DNA of 21,912 nucleotides from a virus (lineage: Duplodnaviria; Heunggongvirae; Uroviricota; Caudoviricetes), in the IMG/VR virus record IMGVR_UViG_2778261446_000009, positions 1-21,912 of that record, one strand, 5' to 3'. A program made the position numbers and the translations under genes. Below the pieces are notes generated by a model. The model was not told where the DNA came from. It ran no database searches and saw only the letters and a program-made list of their open reading frames with translations. Of this stretch, positions 5,914-17,598 are shown in pieces (position 1 is the stretch's first letter; each line of letters opens with the position of its first letter).

Positions 5914-7755
5914 CTACTGCCTGGTAGCTTCGTTAGTTAGGAGAGGGCGAACGGCGTTAGCAGCCTGATTTAACGCTCGCTCATATGCCGGAGTTCCAGG
6001 CTTGACGTTTGCAAGGCGGAGAAGCATGTTTCTTGCTGCTTTAGACTCATACAAACGCATCATTGCACCGAAACCAGCCTCAAGCCCCATTGATACGCCA
6101 AGAGTCGCAGTTGCGCCAATCGTCCTTATCCGGTTGGCTTGCGATTGCCCCGTCTGAGTTACTACATTTGCGGTGTCTGACCTTGCTGTTTGCTGTAGAA
6201 CTTCATGAAGAGAATCAAGCTCTTTCATGTGCTTTCCAGAAAAAATAGTGTTGTAAATTTCACCGCCTGACTGAGATTTCAGCTTATTAACTTCAGTGAT
6301 GAACTTGGCTGGAGAGTCACCGGCCTTTTCCGCTATTTTGCTGACGTAAGCTGCACGCATAGCATCTTTCCCTTTATCATCCAATGCGCTCCAGATTCGT
6401 TTCACGTCCGATGGTTTTCTGCTTAATACAACGGTATTTATAAGTTCAGGACTGGCTTCACTGCTTGCCTTGTTGAGCTTGTTAGCAATGTTTTTATTAA
6501 GCGCCTTATTATAAACGTTTGCATAATCGGAATTTGCTTTAAGGTATTTTGCTGCGTCTGATGCACCGAGGTTTTTAGCAACTGCGTTACGAAGGTCTTT
6601 TGACATTGCATTCTCTACCATATTGGTAGCTGCTTTTGCCTGGTTGGGGAAGACCATAGCATCTCCCTGAACATTAGATCTAAATGCTGTTCTGTGCTGA
6701 CGCAAGAGATCAAACGTAACATCCAAATCAGTTGCAGGGTTTGCTAATTCTTCACGTAGGTTACGCAAGGATGTAAGCAGGCTTTGATTGGCAGACGTCC
6801 CAAGCCGTTCCTGTCTTGCGATCGCTGTATTCAGAGCATTCATGGTATTTGTGGTATCAACTGCGGCATTACCCATTTTATTGGTGACGTCATTGATAAC
6901 AGCGCCAGCGGCATCCTTCCGCCCCCTTAACGTGGTGGTCAGAGATTTCACCACATCATCAGGGTTGTACTCACCAAAACGGTCAAAATAATTGCTTACC
7001 AGCTTACTACGCGTTGCATATTGCTCTGCTCGCTTTGAGCCTGTCCCGAGCAAAGCCCCCTCGGCATCCTGAGTAAGGCCGCGAGTGAAAGCATTTTTCG
7101 GCGGGATAACATCAGATGTCATTGGTGTCACGCCCATCGATTCTGATGTGGCAATTTTCTTCGCTACTTCTGGCGCAATATCACCTTTTATAGCCGTTAT
7201 TCCACGCCCTATTCCCTTTGCTGCTGCGGAAAGAACCCCCTGAGCGGCAAGGTTAACTCCGGCATTTTTGGCTGCATTTTGTGCGAAATCGCCTTTCTGA
7301 TTTGCGGCCTCTGCCAGTGAGCCAATAGCCATGCTTCCTGCCGTTCCAACTCCTGGAACTAAATACCCGCCAATTGTTTCTCCAGCTTGCGCATAAGGGT
7401 CTGTCGGTCTGTCTACTGGACGATAAACATCATCCAAAACCTTGGGTCCACCAAGCCCCTGACTGATTGCATTAATCAGACTTGCGCCACCCTGCAATAC
7501 GTCAAATGGTATGTTTACCAGACCACGACCAGCCTGTTCTGCAATTTGCCCTGCACTTTGACCACCAGTGAGCCAATCGCCAGCTTGTTGCATCAATGAT
7601 GGTTCTTCCCGTGTTGGTGCATTATTGGCCTGATTAACTGTTTGTTGCTGAACAGCCTGACCAGCAAAATACTCATCAATGGCGGTGCCAATATCTTCCG
7701 TGCTCGTACCATCAGGGAAGGTAAATGTCTTACCGTTTGCAGTTACTTTCATCAT
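5914..7755 (-). CDS. gp16: Ejection (DNA transfer) protein, P22 gp16 homolog
   Basis: 613 aa; starts [33 protein letters not shown]. Size and gene order match P22 gene 16. Start overlaps the stop of the upstream gene. Confidence 0.85.
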   Translation of the reverse strand: MMKVTANGKTFTFPDGTSTEDIGTAIDEYFAGQAVQQQTVNQANNAPTREEPSLMQQAGDWLTGGQSAGQIAEQAGRGLVNIPFDVLQGGASLINAISQGLGGPKVLDDVYRPVDRPTDPYAQAGETIGGYLVPGVGTAGSMAIGSLAEAANQKGDFAQNAAKNAGVNLAAQGVLSAAAKGIGRGITAIKGDIAPEVAKKIATSESMGVTPMTSDVIPPKNAFTRGLTQDAEGALLGTGSKRAEQYATRSKLVSNYFDRFGEYNPDDVVKSLTTTLRGRKDAAGAVINDVTNKMGNAAVDTTNTMNALNTAIARQERLGTSANQSLLTSLRNLREELANPATDLDVTFDLLRQHRTAFRSNVQGDAMVFPNQAKAATNMVENAMSKDLRNAVAKNLGASDAAKYLKANSDYANVYNKALNKNIANKLNKASSEASPELINTVVLSRKPSDVKRIWSALDDKGKDAMRAAYVSKIAEKAGDSPAKFITEVNKLKSQSGGEIYNTIFSGKHMKELDSLHEVLQQTARSDTANVVTQTGQSQANRIRTIGATATLGVSMGLEAGFGAMMRLYESKAARNMLLRLANVKPGTPAYERALNQAANAVRPLLTNEATRQ

Positions 7756-9167
7756 TCCACCGTAAATTGAATGCCTGATTTTGAGGTATATGATCCAACC
7801 TGATTCCGTGGTTCTCCTGAAGGTGTCGAATCTTGTGCTGGCGCTGCGTCAGTATTCAATGACATATACCGCTTAACGGCACTCCCCAATGATTCACCTT
7901 TTTTAACATCCAACCCCAATATCTGACCGCCATTACGCGATTGTCCAGGGTTGCCATTCGCGCTCATCCACTCGGCTTTAAACTCATTAAACTGCGCGTT
8001 TCGTCGCTCAAGGTTTGCCATTGCATCAAGCCATCTTGCGACCGTCTCAGGATTATCCATGTCAGTTGGCGCACCCTGCCGAACGATCTCAACGTCTTTA
8101 TCCGTTGCTGGGCCGGGAGGTAGGAATTTAAGAACCTGACTGTTAACAAGAGCATTTTGGCGAATGCGCAAATCACGCAATGTCGTATCGCTTCCGGTAA
8201 GTTTTGCGAACATGTTCTGTGCGTTACCGAACAAACCTGTCGTTGGTTTTTCTGCTCTGAACTGTTGAGCAAGCGCACTCATAGAATTGGCTGAGTTTGA
8301 TGATGCTGTGGCATTGTTTACAGCCGTCTCGATGCCTTTTTCCATGTTTACTGACAGCTTAGGTGCTTCGCTAATCAACTGCTGAGCCTTTTCCTGCGCT
8401 TGCTGCATCTTAAACCCGAACTCTTGCTGATCCAGAGCCAAGCGTTGTGCTGCGATATTGTGCCCAGTCATTGCTGACTGATAGGAAAGGTTTTGCCCTC
8501 TCGCCTGAAGTGCTTCACCAGCCTGATTGCTGCGGATTGTCTCTGCCAGCCTGCCTCGGTCAATCTCACGACCAGCCATCTTGTCCTGAACAGCAAACGC
8601 CTTTTCTGGTCCAAGCGCACCGAGAGACATAGTAGTCAGCATGTGTGATAGCTGCTCTGGATTCTGGATACCTGTCTGAATCATCCAGTCAGCATTAGCA
8701 CCAACGCGATTTAACCTGTCCTTGTTGTCAGTAATGAATTTACTGTAGGCTTCCGGTCCCTGAGAAAGAGCGACGTTAGCCCTCATGGCTAAATCGCCCA
8801 TATCGTTGCGTTGCTGCTCATTAAGACCGGAAAACGCCTGTTGTGCCTGTGCAACAAACGCTGGATTTTCCTGGGCAAACTTAAATAGTCCCGATGGATC
8901 ACCAGAAGCCCATGCATCAGCGTGAACCTTATTGAACGCACTAATCGCTTTCTGTTGCTGTTCCTGATTGTAAATATCAGCAACTCCAGCCAGACCACGT
9001 AACGCGGTCAGACCAACGTTATTTGTACCTGAGCGAGCCAGTTCATTGTTTTCGCGAATCAGACCAAGCGTTGCGTTAATGTCGCTTGCCTTTGGTGCAT
9101 TCTCATTTTGCGTACCAATGCCAGCCAGAAAACCACCAGAATTAATACCCTGTTGCCACGTAGCCAT
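7752..9167 (-). CDS. gp20: Ejection protein, P22 gp20 homolog
   Basis: 471 aa, the same length as P22 gp20. Position between the gp7 and gp16 homologs. Confidence 0.85.
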   Translation of the reverse strand: MATWQQGINSGGFLAGIGTQNENAPKASDINATLGLIRENNELARSGTNNVGLTALRGLAGVADIYNQEQQQKAISAFNKVHADAWASGDPSGLFKFAQENPAFVAQAQQAFSGLNEQQRNDMGDLAMRANVALSQGPEAYSKFITDNKDRLNRVGANADWMIQTGIQNPEQLSHMLTTMSLGALGPEKAFAVQDKMAGREIDRGRLAETIRSNQAGEALQARGQNLSYQSAMTGHNIAAQRLALDQQEFGFKMQQAQEKAQQLISEAPKLSVNMEKGIETAVNNATASSNSANSMSALAQQFRAEKPTTGLFGNAQNMFAKLTGSDTTLRDLRIRQNALVNSQVLKFLPPGPATDKDVEIVRQGAPTDMDNPETVARWLDAMANLERRNAQFNEFKAEWMSANGNPGQSRNGGQILGLDVKKGESLGSAVKRYMSLNTDAAPAQDSTPSGEPRNQVGSYTSKSGIQFTVE

Positions 9168-9177
9168 TGATTAACCC

Positions 9178-9870
9178 TTAAAACAGTGAACCAAGCAGAC
9201 CAAGACCAGCACCAATACCAGCCCCCCACGGAGTTGATAGCTCGAGAGCACTGGCTATGCCACCACCCAAAAGCGCACCGGATGCAGCACCACTAACACC
9301 CTGCTGCAATGCTGACGGTCGGTTGGCGTTTGCCGCCGCCAGTGCTGCGCTTTGCTGCGAAATCTGACTCATGTTGTTGGCATATGTTTGCCCGGCGTTT
9401 GCCTGTCCCTGAAGAGCGCCAAGACCGATATTTGCCAGGTTGTTGTAATTGTTCATTTGTCCAGATAGCCATTGCTGACCAAGCGTTGGTGCGATTGTTG
9501 CTAACTGATTACTGGTTGCAGTGGAACCCAATCCACCTGTTGCTTCCGCTGCCGCCAGACTCTGATAGCGAGCCTGACCAGCAAGATCTTTGTACTGCTG
9601 AGAGTTGTAATACTGGTTAAGTGCCTGACCTTGCTCTTCCAGAGACGATAAGTTCTCGAGGCTGCCGACATACTTATCAGCCAGAGGAGTAAACGGCTTC
9701 AGGTTGTTCATGATGGTGTTGAACTGCTGATTTTGCAGGTCTGCTGCATACTTCTGAGCTTCTGCGGCATACTTTGCGCTTTTATCAGAACTGCCACCTT
9801 TCCCGCCTTTTTCAGGGCAATAAGGTTCCTCGCCGCGCAGTTTTCTGCCCAGCTTAAATGCATATAACAT
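9178..9870 (-). CDS. gp7: Ejection protein, P22 gp7 homolog
   Basis: 230 aa (P22 gp7 is about 229 aa). Gly/Ala-rich C-terminus. Gene order matches. Confidence 0.8.
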   Translation of the reverse strand: MLYAFKLGRKLRGEEPYCPEKGGKGGSSDKSAKYAAEAQKYAADLQNQQFNTIMNNLKPFTPLADKYVGSLENLSSLEEQGQALNQYYNSQQYKDLAGQARYQSLAAAEATGGLGSTATSNQLATIAPTLGQQWLSGQMNNYNNLANIGLGALQGQANAGQTYANNMSQISQQSAALAAANANRPSALQQGVSGAASGALLGGGIASALELSTPWGAGIGAGLGLLGSLF

Positions 9871-9872
9871 GG

Positions 9873-10328
9873 CTATCTCCCGTGATTCAGGAAGTCGATT
9901 AGTTCTTCGCGTGTAGCACTGTAAAATGTCACGTCATCCACGCCTTTGAAGTATTTCTTGATGGTCCCTACACGCTTAAGGCCAATCATTGCGCAGTACA
10001 TCTGCCCGTGGCGGAATTTGCGTGCAGCGAACGATGTGACACACTGAACGGTGGTGTTAGTCAGAATGTATCGCCAGAACGCCAGCCCGATTTCCTTGCT
10101 GAATCCACGAACCTCTGGCAGGTACATGGCGTGGCAATCGAATGTCAGCGGCTGAATCTCCTGATAGTAAACAATGCCGCCGAACTGCCCGTGCACGTTC
10201 ACCTCAAAGTAACGGCATTCAGGTTTGTAGTCGTATCCATCACCGTTATTGCTCCCGGCGATAATGTCAGGGTGATTTCCTACTGCTTCGATCAGGTCGA
10301 TGTTTCGCGTTGGTTTGAATGTAATCAT
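9873..10328 (-). CDS. gp14: Head completion / tail accessory protein, P22 gp14-position homolog
   Basis: 151-aa ORF immediately downstream of the tail needle gene, with ATGA start/stop overlap. Assigned from gene order; the sequence was not recognised in detail. Confidence 0.7.
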   Translation of the reverse strand: MITFKPTRNIDLIEAVGNHPDIIAGSNNGDGYDYKPECRYFEVNVHGQFGGIVYYQEIQPLTFDCHAMYLPEVRGFSKEIGLAFWRYILTNTTVQCVTSFAARKFRHGQMYCAMIGLKRVGTIKKYFKGVDDVTFYSATREELIDFLNHGR

Positions 10329-11029
10329 CAGTCAATCAGCCCATGTAATCTAAGTGCTGTTTCAAGCGCCAGAATACGCTGCCGCGCCTGCTGCAAACCT
10401 GTAGCGAGAGCTGCGACTTCGGATTGTGTGTACGTAGTGCCGACCGTGTATGACTGGTTAGCGTTGAATGAGCCAAGAAGTGGCGTACCTGTGGCTGCAG
10501 TCCATCCGGTATTTCTTGCTCCAACAACCTGAATTCCATCAACTGAATATGATGTTTTTACATCCAGCGGTGACTCAAGAGACTGCAATTCGGTTACGGT
10601 TTTCGATACGTAATCACTCTTAATGTCAGATACATCGCTTTCTACGCCATCCAGTCTTTGGTCAACAGTGACCAGATGCGCCTGAATATCGATAACCTCA
10701 TCAAGCAAGTAATCAACATCGCTACGCAGTACGACTATCTTCCCTTCGGCGGTTGTTAACCTGACCTCAAGGAGATTTATCGCTTTTGTGTTTGCGGTGA
10801 TTCTTGCATCGTGATCTGCCAGTTCGACGTCCTGTTCATCGTTTTTCACCTGAGCATCGTAAGCGCCCTGACCAGCCTGATTTGCCTTCCCGGCAATTGC
10901 GCCGACATCAGCCCCCTGATTAATGACATACAGCAGGTAAGACTGGCTGAATATATTGCGTGGAAGGATTGATGTATCGAGCCGCGTCGCCTGCACAATA
11001 ACAGGGGTGTTGAGATTCGAATCAGCCAT
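10328..11029 (-). CDS. gp26: Tail needle protein, P22 gp26 homolog
   Basis: 233 aa. N-terminus [36 protein letters not shown]... and C-terminus ...[13 protein letters not shown] match P22 gp26. Confidence 0.9.
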   Translation of the reverse strand: MADSNLNTPVIVQATRLDTSILPRNIFSQSYLLYVINQGADVGAIAGKANQAGQGAYDAQVKNDEQDVELADHDARITANTKAINLLEVRLTTAEGKIVVLRSDVDYLLDEVIDIQAHLVTVDQRLDGVESDVSDIKSDYVSKTVTELQSLESPLDVKTSYSVDGIQVVGARNTGWTAATGTPLLGSFNANQSYTVGTTYTQSEVAALATGLQQARQRILALETALRLHGLID

Positions 11030-12447
11030 TACTCAATCCTTATCTGGCAGCCAGACAGAGTGACAGGTGACTTCGTGATAACGCGCAATTTGAAGCCAAC
11101 ATTTTTCCTGATGCGCCCTACTCGCTTCCACAAAACGCGTTTGTCGTAAACGAACGGTTCATTCTGCTCAATCATCTGCTCACGACCGTAATTTATGCCG
11201 TCAGTGGTCGCAGAGAGAAAAAGGCGGTCAGCGTACTGCGCAACGCCAGTTGACGATTCAACCTCAAAGTCGAAAACTCTGGCGTTATCCGCTTTGAACA
11301 ACGGAGTAAACAGCAGGTGTTCCTGTTGAAGCCCGTACTGGCTGCTGATGTCGAATTGCAATTTCCCGGTCACGGACTCCAGCTTATCGCCGCACGTTAT
11401 CTGATTGCCTTCGTAAATGAAGTCGATAGCGCGGTACACATCGTCATACAAGCCTGTTTTCAGCACACACCATTGCGGACCATTGGCGCTTGAAGATGCG
11501 TCGTAAACAAGAACATGGCGCGGCAGGTGAATAATCAGCAACTCATGAGCATCAAACCGCAACGATTCCATCACGCCATCAGCCAGTTCATCAGCAGTGT
11601 AGGAGCGTAGTATTTTCTCAATGCTCGCGCTGGCGATTGGTGATACCTGACCGGAGCCGATGATATACACAGACGGCGCACCTGTTGCCGGATTGCTGAT
11701 GAACGCATACGAGTCAGCAAACGGCGTTTTGCAGTAGGTTCCGGCAATGCCTTTCTGCACCATCAGCGATGGCTGGGCGACATACAAAGCAGCACCAACG
11801 GTGGTTGCACCAGTCAGGGAGAAATATTCAATCGTCGATGAACCAAAACAGACGATGAAGTCTCGCCATGTGCCGATACCGATGATGCCGTCCGGCTGCG
11901 ATTCTGCGCGATATTGTGCGCTGTAGCGGTCAGGATGCGATTCGTCTTCAAGGTCAGTGATAAACCATGAATCAGTTCCGTCTTTTGACCACGCATAACG
12001 CCCACGCAAGCGCGTAATGTCACGAACCGAACCTAACTCATACTGAGTGAATCCGCTATCTGCAGGCCAGTTTGAGACGGTTTTAACCGTGCCATCATAG
12101 CGATACTCTACCAGTTGACCATTAACGCCTACAGCCTGAGATGTCCGACCATGCGCCATTGATACACGACCACTTCCGGCAACATCACCGACCTCGCTTT
12201 CGCCCTTATACAGCTTGCCACCGCAAACGCGATAAACAGCATTCTGCGCCATGTTGTACTCGACGCCGCGCGATACGCCGTTTACATCAGAGCGTTTGGC
12301 AATGCCCGGGAATGAGCGAAGATATCCGCTGCTGTTCAGGATTTCTTTTGGTGTAGCCAACATATTCACTGGCAGATAGTCGATATAGTCGGCGTTTCTA
12401 AAGTCTTTGCCGACACCTTTCATAAGCGGAAGTTGCTGAATCGGCAT
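11029..12447 (-). CDS. gp10: Tail accessory (portal-closure) protein, P22 gp10 homolog
   Basis: 472 aa, the same length as P22 gp10. Gene order matches. Confidence 0.85.
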   Translation of the reverse strand: MPIQQLPLMKGVGKDFRNADYIDYLPVNMLATPKEILNSSGYLRSFPGIAKRSDVNGVSRGVEYNMAQNAVYRVCGGKLYKGESEVGDVAGSGRVSMAHGRTSQAVGVNGQLVEYRYDGTVKTVSNWPADSGFTQYELGSVRDITRLRGRYAWSKDGTDSWFITDLEDESHPDRYSAQYRAESQPDGIIGIGTWRDFIVCFGSSTIEYFSLTGATTVGAALYVAQPSLMVQKGIAGTYCKTPFADSYAFISNPATGAPSVYIIGSGQVSPIASASIEKILRSYTADELADGVMESLRFDAHELLIIHLPRHVLVYDASSSANGPQWCVLKTGLYDDVYRAIDFIYEGNQITCGDKLESVTGKLQFDISSQYGLQQEHLLFTPLFKADNARVFDFEVESSTGVAQYADRLFLSATTDGINYGREQMIEQNEPFVYDKRVLWKRVGRIRKNVGFKLRVITKSPVTLSGCQIRIE

Positions 12448-12948
12448 TTATTCGCTCCCGTCATCGCAAGGTTCCTTCCGGTGGAAGTAATTCCAACCGT
12501 TCCACTTCGCCAACTGGTTACCACTACCAACAGGCATACGGTTTGGATAACCGGACTTACATTTAGCGGCTTTTGCTCTGTCCATTGCAGACAGTTTGAC
12601 GAGTCTCTCTTTCCCGTATCTGGCAGTGGTTATAAGTTTTGCAGACGCTTCCAGCGCATAATCCGGAGCAATGCGGCAGGCAAGGTTGAAAATGACGGCA
12701 TTGATAGCGTTATTTGATAAACCGTGTTCATCGCCAGGATCTGGAGCGACATCTGCATCAGCGAAAATGTAGCCAACGTTGATACCTGGTGACGCATCAC
12801 CGCCAAGCCATTCAGCCATCATCATTTCAAGGTCGTTGACGCCATCTTCCATAGACTGCGGTTCGACATCGGTTAACGTGGCATTTGATGCCACACCGAG
12901 CTTACGTAATGCCGCAAGAACTAAATCACCCTTCGTTGTCAGGTTCAT
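12448..12948 (-). CDS. gp4: Tail accessory protein, P22 gp4 homolog (166 aa); internal start of tool ORF 12448..13029
   Basis: From the ATG at 12946-12948: [33 protein letters not shown]... matches the P22 gp4 N-terminus and its 166-aa length. The tool's 27-codon QSQSQ extension derives from the upstream hexamer repeat. Confidence 0.85.
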   Translation of the reverse strand: MNLTTKGDLVLAALRKLGVASNATLTDVEPQSMEDGVNDLEMMMAEWLGGDASPGINVGYIFADADVAPDPGDEHGLSNNAINAVIFNLACRIAPDYALEASAKLITTARYGKERLVKLSAMDRAKAAKCKSGYPNRMPVGSGNQLAKWNGWNYFHRKEPCDDGSE

Positions 12949-13168
12949 CTGCTGCCGCCTTAGGTTTTCGACCAGGATTTTTACGCTGTTTTTCTTCTGG
13001 CTCTGGCTCTGGCTCTGGCTCTGCAACATCCTTCAAAAGGTCATCAGGATGTGAAAACCAACCAGCATCCAGATATTCCTGAAGCTCTTCGGCTTTCACG
13101 ATTTCAAAGTCGTAGCCAACGCCTTTCCACTTCTTCATGTCGCCATGACGAAAGATCATGTGTGTCAT
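12926..13168 (-). CDS. Small acidic hypothetical protein (about 80 aa) with an (EP)n repeat, between coat and gp4
   Basis: ATG at 13166-13168 preceded by GGAGA, just downstream of the coat terminator. The tool reports it as 12926..13216 from a GTG. Encodes ...[24 protein letters not shown]... Overlaps the gp4 start by 23 nt in a different frame. Confidence 0.45.
   Translation of the reverse strand: MTHMIFRHGDMKKWKGVGYDFEIVKAEELQEYLDAGWFSHPDDLLKDVAEPEPEPEPEEKQRKNPGRKPKAAADEPDNEG
12996..13019. repeat. Hexanucleotide tandem repeat (TCTGGC)x4, plus a partial copy
   Basis: Four perfect tandem copies read directly from the sequence. Encodes the EPEPEPEP run in the small ORF frame. Confidence 0.8.
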
Positions 13169-13182
13169 GCTTGTCTCCAGAT

Positions 13183-13204
13183 AAAAAAGGGAGCCGAAGC
13201 TCCC
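13183..13204 (-). terminator. Rho-independent terminator immediately after the coat gene (minus strand)
   Basis: On the minus strand, GGGAGC-TTCG-GCTCCC followed by TTTTTTAT, starting 9 nt after the coat stop codon. Confidence 0.65.
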
Positions 13205-13212
13205 TCTGGTTA

Positions 13213-14508
13213 TCACGCAGTCTGGTTAGGCAGACCAACACCAATTGCCTCTGGTCGTACAGCACATGCTGAATACCACACAGCAATACGGCACTTACCA
13301 GACAGAGTGTTGATATCACCCTGCGTTGCGAAGATGCCGTTAACACCAATACCAGGAATGCTGAAGGAAGACGTTTTCATGCCAGCAAACAGTTCATGGG
13401 TTACCGGGATCGGCTGAGACAGCAGACGGATTGAGTCATCAGCCCAGAACACGTTAGCGGTTGTTGTTGCCACGTTCAGAACGTTTACCGGAGTGGTATC
13501 AGCAAGAGAGGTGTTTACGTTAGCGTAAGCCTTCTCTTCTTTTGTCAGTGACGCGTCATCCAGTGCAATCGGCTTCGGCGTGATTTCGATGTGAGTACTA
13601 TCGATCACGCGGGTGATTGAGAAAGTAGCATCATCAGTCAGCACGTTCTTCGCCATCTGAGACAGGAATTTCACACCAGTGAAGCTGATTTTGTCGCCGC
13701 GCTTAAATCCGGTGGTGGAGGATACGGTCACCGTTGCAACACGGTTGTCGACGTTCTCTTTGTTACCATCGGTATCAAGGGTGTATGCCTGCGGCTTAAA
13801 CTTCTGCGCACCAGAAACAGTTACACCAGTAGCGGTTGACTTGGTAACTGCCGGAAGTTTAGGTGAGCGAAGAATTTCATCAAAGCCAGCAATCTGACGC
13901 TGAATAGTACCGTTGCGATACGCTTCTTCAGGAACGCGACCGAAGATGTCACCATCTACCAGGTTGCGGCCTGCTTTGCGGTAATCGTCAGGGTTCAGGA
14001 AGTAACTGATGCCCATATCGCGGTTTAGCTCACGGGAGAACATCAGGCGCTCTGCATCAGACACAAAATCCTAGCCAGACAGGCCAGTAGATGGACCAAT
14101 TGCGCGGGTATCGTGAACAACAAGCGAGCCCATTTCAGTTGCCTGTTTGGCAATTGCTGACTCAATGTTATTCGCCAGTTTTTTGGCGGATGCCTGGATG
14201 CGACGACGGTAAGAACGCTCATCACGCAGGTCATCTGCACGAAGCTCGAAAAAATCGTTATCCGGATCGCCCATGTTGCATTTCACGGAGAGTTCCAGAA
14301 TCCCGGTTGCGTTGCCAGTTAAATCCCAGCCAGTCTGGGTTGGCGCTTCCTGCTCAACAGGCATCCACACGGTGTTGCTTGAACGCTGCATGGATTCTGC
14401 CGGAGGGGTGTATTTTGTCACTTTGGACGCCATTGGCGTCAGGTTCTGGACGGTTTCGATGATTTCATCCAGAGCATACGTGACCAGTTGACCTTCATTT
14501 AATGCCAT
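13213..14508 (-). pseudogene. gp5: Major capsid (coat) protein gene, P22 gp5 homolog, interrupted by an in-frame TAG (amber) at codon 146
   Basis: Tool ORFs 14071..14508 and 13213..14064 are in the same frame. The joined length of 431 codons matches P22 coat (430 aa). The N-terminus MALNEGQ... and the region after the stop ([20 protein letters not shown]) align with P22 coat ([21 protein letters not shown]), placing the TAG at the conserved Trp (TGG to TAG). RBS AAGGAA precedes the ATG at 14506-14508. Confidence 0.85.
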
Positions 14509-15419
14509 TATCGAATTCCTTTATTCAGTTGCGCCTTGAGCTTGCGGTATGTCTCTACATCCCCTTTGTTTGCTGCCGCTTCCATCTGCTTTTCAATCGC
14601 AGAGATATTTGCAGCAACAGCGTGTCCCTGAATGGGTTCATCAGGTAACGGGGCTTCTGAAACAGGCTTGGCTCGAGGCTTGAGAGTTAAACGTTCTGAC
14701 AGTCGAGTGAGTTCAATCAGCGCGGATTGCCCGTCCATCGCCAGCAACTGGCGTGTTTTCTCAGGATTAGCACCAAGGTGATACATGAGTGCAGCGGATT
14801 TCTCCGGGAAGAGGCGCATGATGTCGGCGCCGACTGCTGGCGGCACCAGTTGCATGAATGCGTCCTCTTTCTCCTGATAGTCAGGGATATTGAGCTTTTC
14901 CGCTGCGTCGTAGTGCTTACGGGCTGCCTCGGCGTATTGCGCTGATTGCTGGGTGAACTCCTGAGTTTTGCGACCCTGCTCGGCGACAGCCTGGCTTCGT
15001 GCGTCCATAGCCTTGATCTGCCATTCACTGTTTGCCTGCTGGAAGGCAGCCAGTGCGCGGCTCTGGTCATAGTCGTACTTAGCCAGTGCGTCTTCGGAAA
15101 GATAATCGTTAGGGTCTGGTTGTTTTGGTAACTCAGGGTTCACCCGCAGGTGCTCCGGCAACTCTCCACGCTTAACCGCTTCCATCTGCTGCTCAAGCTC
15201 ACGCTGGCGTTTGCGTTCGATGCGGCGACGGGCAAATTCAGCATTAGTTGCCGGGTCTTGTTTTGGTTTCTCATCGTCTTTCAGGACAATCTCGAAGCCT
15301 TCTTCCTGACCTGTGTTATCGTTGGCATTATCGACAACTAAGCCATCAGCAGATGCCGCTGCATGATTGCCGGGCAGGGTTAATTCTTCAGAAGCCTGAA
15401 TGTCGGTGGTTTGGTCCAT
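14508..15419 (-). CDS. gp8: Scaffolding protein, P22 gp8 homolog
   Basis: 303 aa, the same length as P22 gp8. Acidic and Gln-rich. Stop overlaps the coat start (TAATG). Confidence 0.9.
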   Translation of the reverse strand: MDQTTDIQASEELTLPGNHAAASADGLVVDNANDNTGQEEGFEIVLKDDEKPKQDPATNAEFARRRIERKRQRELEQQMEAVKRGELPEHLRVNPELPKQPDPNDYLSEDALAKYDYDQSRALAAFQQANSEWQIKAMDARSQAVAEQGRKTQEFTQQSAQYAEAARKHYDAAEKLNIPDYQEKEDAFMQLVPPAVGADIMRLFPEKSAALMYHLGANPEKTRQLLAMDGQSALIELTRLSERLTLKPRAKPVSEAPLPDEPIQGHAVAANISAIEKQMEAAANKGDVETYRKLKAQLNKGIR

Positions 15420-15432
15420 GATTAACTCTCTC

Positions 15433-17598
15433 TTATTGAGGTGTCTCGGCTACTCCGCCGGAGGGGATTTGAACTTGACGCATAAGATTCGCGAAATCCA
15501 TGCGTTGTGAATGAGTCTGGTCTGCATCTTTAAGAAGCAGCTCAGCGTTAGCACGAGCATCTTTGCTGCGCTGTTGCTGGAATTGACCTACGAGCTTGAG
15601 GTACTCACGCAGTTCTGCCTGCTTGTCGAGGTCCATATTGTTGAAGATTTCTGCAATCTTCGCGGCGTTGAGTTGGTTTTGGGCTTCAACCTTGGCAGCT
15701 TCAACCTGAATCTGCGCCTGTTGGTTCTCTGCCTTGAGCAATTCAGCCTGACCTTGCAGAAGGATACCCTGCGCCTGAATTTGCTCTGCTGATGGCTGCT
15801 GCGGCTGCTGTTGCGCCTGTTGTACCATCTCCATCTCTTCAGGTGTTTCTGCTTTCTTCAGCCCCATCATCACCAGTTGCTTGTTCGCGTACTCTCGCAT
15901 CATCTCGACGCCTTTACCGTCAAGCAGCGTGAAGTATTGCAGCATCAGCATCTGGAACTCTGGAGTACCTTGCGGAACCTTGGTTAGCAACTCCTGAATC
16001 TCTGCGCGATTCTGTTCCTTCATGCTCTGGAAGGATGGCCCAACGTCCGTATAGCACTCATAGCGACCGCGAATGTCGTTGAGTGTGACCACATTGCCGG
16101 ACTGATAATCGACAACTTGCGCATAGAGTTGAACGTCTTTCTCGCTTCCATCTTCAAGTGTCAGCGTCACATGACGAGGAACGTCATAAATATCGTTGAC
16201 CATTGAGGCATAAATCTCGCCATCACGTCGCATTGCGGTAGCCAGGTTATCCTGAAACACGTATGTCTCAAGGTCTGCCCGCATGTTCAGTTGATTGACG
16301 GTATCGAAAGCGACCTGACCATTTGCCGCCTGCGCATCCACGCCAAGACTAGCCACCTCTTTCACTGCGTTGGTGGCAGCCTCAAGCATGTAAGCGTTGG
16401 CTTGCGGCACTTCAGGGTTTTCCATGTAGGAGATTGGACCAATCGGAAGGTCGTTACCGTTTTCATCGGTCTTGTTCTGCAGATAGTACGGATAGTCATC
16501 ATTTCCACCGTACATGTATTCGTAGCCTTCGATTTGCTCAGGGAAGAAGGTCGGTTTCTTCTTCGGTGAACGAGCAACAATATCGGCGTTGAACGACATG
16601 ATCATGTTACGAAGGCGTTGGCCGTCTTTCGTCAGCCTTACCACGCCCTCGTAGCACTCCTTGTCACCAGCGAATGACCATTCGCCGTACACAGGAACGA
16701 TTGGGATATGCTCTCCGGCTATCTTCTCGCGGTCTTTCAGTATCTGCGTGCAGGTGATGATCGACTTATACACACGCCGACGCTTGACCTTACGCTCTGC
16801 TACCTTAATGAATCCACGATTAGCCAGGTCGTCGATGACGTCTTTGATATCCTGCTGGTAATAGCTGACCGGCTCACCTGTCAGCGGGTCGCGGTAGATG
16901 AAGACTTTCTCTTTCTTCTCTTCGACCTCGTAATACTCAGCGACGTAGACGACATCATTCGATACCCACGGAAACAGCCATGTATCGTTCGGATTCTGGA
17001 AAGATGGCAAGGTGTCAGGATCAATACCGTAATCCTCTGCGAACTCTTTCCAGCCATTGCGTGACAAAGCGTTAATCACCGTGCAGTGCTTAGCATCGCT
17101 CTTATCCATCTGCTTGCTGTTGGCGTCCCATATGACGTGTGAGCAGGCTTCATGGATTGGCAGGCGTCGGATTACCTGATTGTTGCTTGTTGGGTCGTTG
17201 TCTTCGTACTGGGTGACCAGACGCCATGCACCAACGCCGGACTCTATCTGCTCACGAACGCCAACGTTAACGGCAATCTTTGCCGTGTTATGGCGCATAT
17301 CAGTACGATACATTCCCATCAACACATCGGCAGCATCAGGATTAGCGCCGTCTTTGGGTCGGAAGAGAACGTCGATAGGGTTCCGGCGCATCTCTGCGAC
17401 CAGTTTCCTGACCACCGGGCGAACAACATCGAATTGTCCGCGATATTGCAGGGTGGTGTAGTTTGATAGCCAGTCATCCCATTGCGACACTCGGCTAAAA
17501 TACAGGTCATTTGTCGCCTCGGTTCTGGCTTCATCGCTCGCCATCCAGTCCGCGTCAAACTTACACAGAATGGAATTGAGTCTGTTTTCGTCGGCCAT
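15433..17598 (-). CDS. gp1: Portal protein, P22 gp1 homolog
   Basis: 721 aa. [45 protein letters not shown]... matches the P22 portal along its length, including the Gln-rich C-terminal barrel region. Confidence 0.95.
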   Translation of the reverse strand: MADENRLNSILCKFDADWMASDEARTEATNDLYFSRVSQWDDWLSNYTTLQYRGQFDVVRPVVRKLVAEMRRNPIDVLFRPKDGANPDAADVLMGMYRTDMRHNTAKIAVNVGVREQIESGVGAWRLVTQYEDNDPTSNNQVIRRLPIHEACSHVIWDANSKQMDKSDAKHCTVINALSRNGWKEFAEDYGIDPDTLPSFQNPNDTWLFPWVSNDVVYVAEYYEVEEKKEKVFIYRDPLTGEPVSYYQQDIKDVIDDLANRGFIKVAERKVKRRRVYKSIITCTQILKDREKIAGEHIPIVPVYGEWSFAGDKECYEGVVRLTKDGQRLRNMIMSFNADIVARSPKKKPTFFPEQIEGYEYMYGGNDDYPYYLQNKTDENGNDLPIGPISYMENPEVPQANAYMLEAATNAVKEVASLGVDAQAANGQVAFDTVNQLNMRADLETYVFQDNLATAMRRDGEIYASMVNDIYDVPRHVTLTLEDGSEKDVQLYAQVVDYQSGNVVTLNDIRGRYECYTDVGPSFQSMKEQNRAEIQELLTKVPQGTPEFQMLMLQYFTLLDGKGVEMMREYANKQLVMMGLKKAETPEEMEMVQQAQQQPQQPSAEQIQAQGILLQGQAELLKAENQQAQIQVEAAKVEAQNQLNAAKIAEIFNNMDLDKQAELREYLKLVGQFQQQRSKDARANAELLLKDADQTHSQRMDFANLMRQVQIPSGGVAETPQ

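Noticed and set aside
10008-10532. 174-aa plus-strand ORF
   Set aside because: Lies entirely antisense to the gp14 and gp26 homologs, has no RBS, and has shadow-frame composition. Treated as an antisense artefact of the real minus-strand genes.
12949-13029. 27-codon N-terminal extension of gp4 ([13 protein letters not shown]...)
   Set aside because: The extension is produced by the hexamer repeat read in another frame. Homology to P22 gp4 and the expected 166-aa length both begin at the internal ATG at 12946-12948.
14091-14462. 123-aa plus-strand ORF and neighbouring plus-strand ORFs (14273..14491, 14727..14945)
   Set aside because: Antisense to the coat and scaffold genes with no RBS. Considered spurious.
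15693-15840. Gln/Ala-rich low-complexity coding stretch in the portal C-terminus, as a possible DNA repeat
   Set aside because: It is the known Gln-rich C-terminal barrel region of P22-type portals. There is no exact nucleotide tandem repeat, only biased codon usage.
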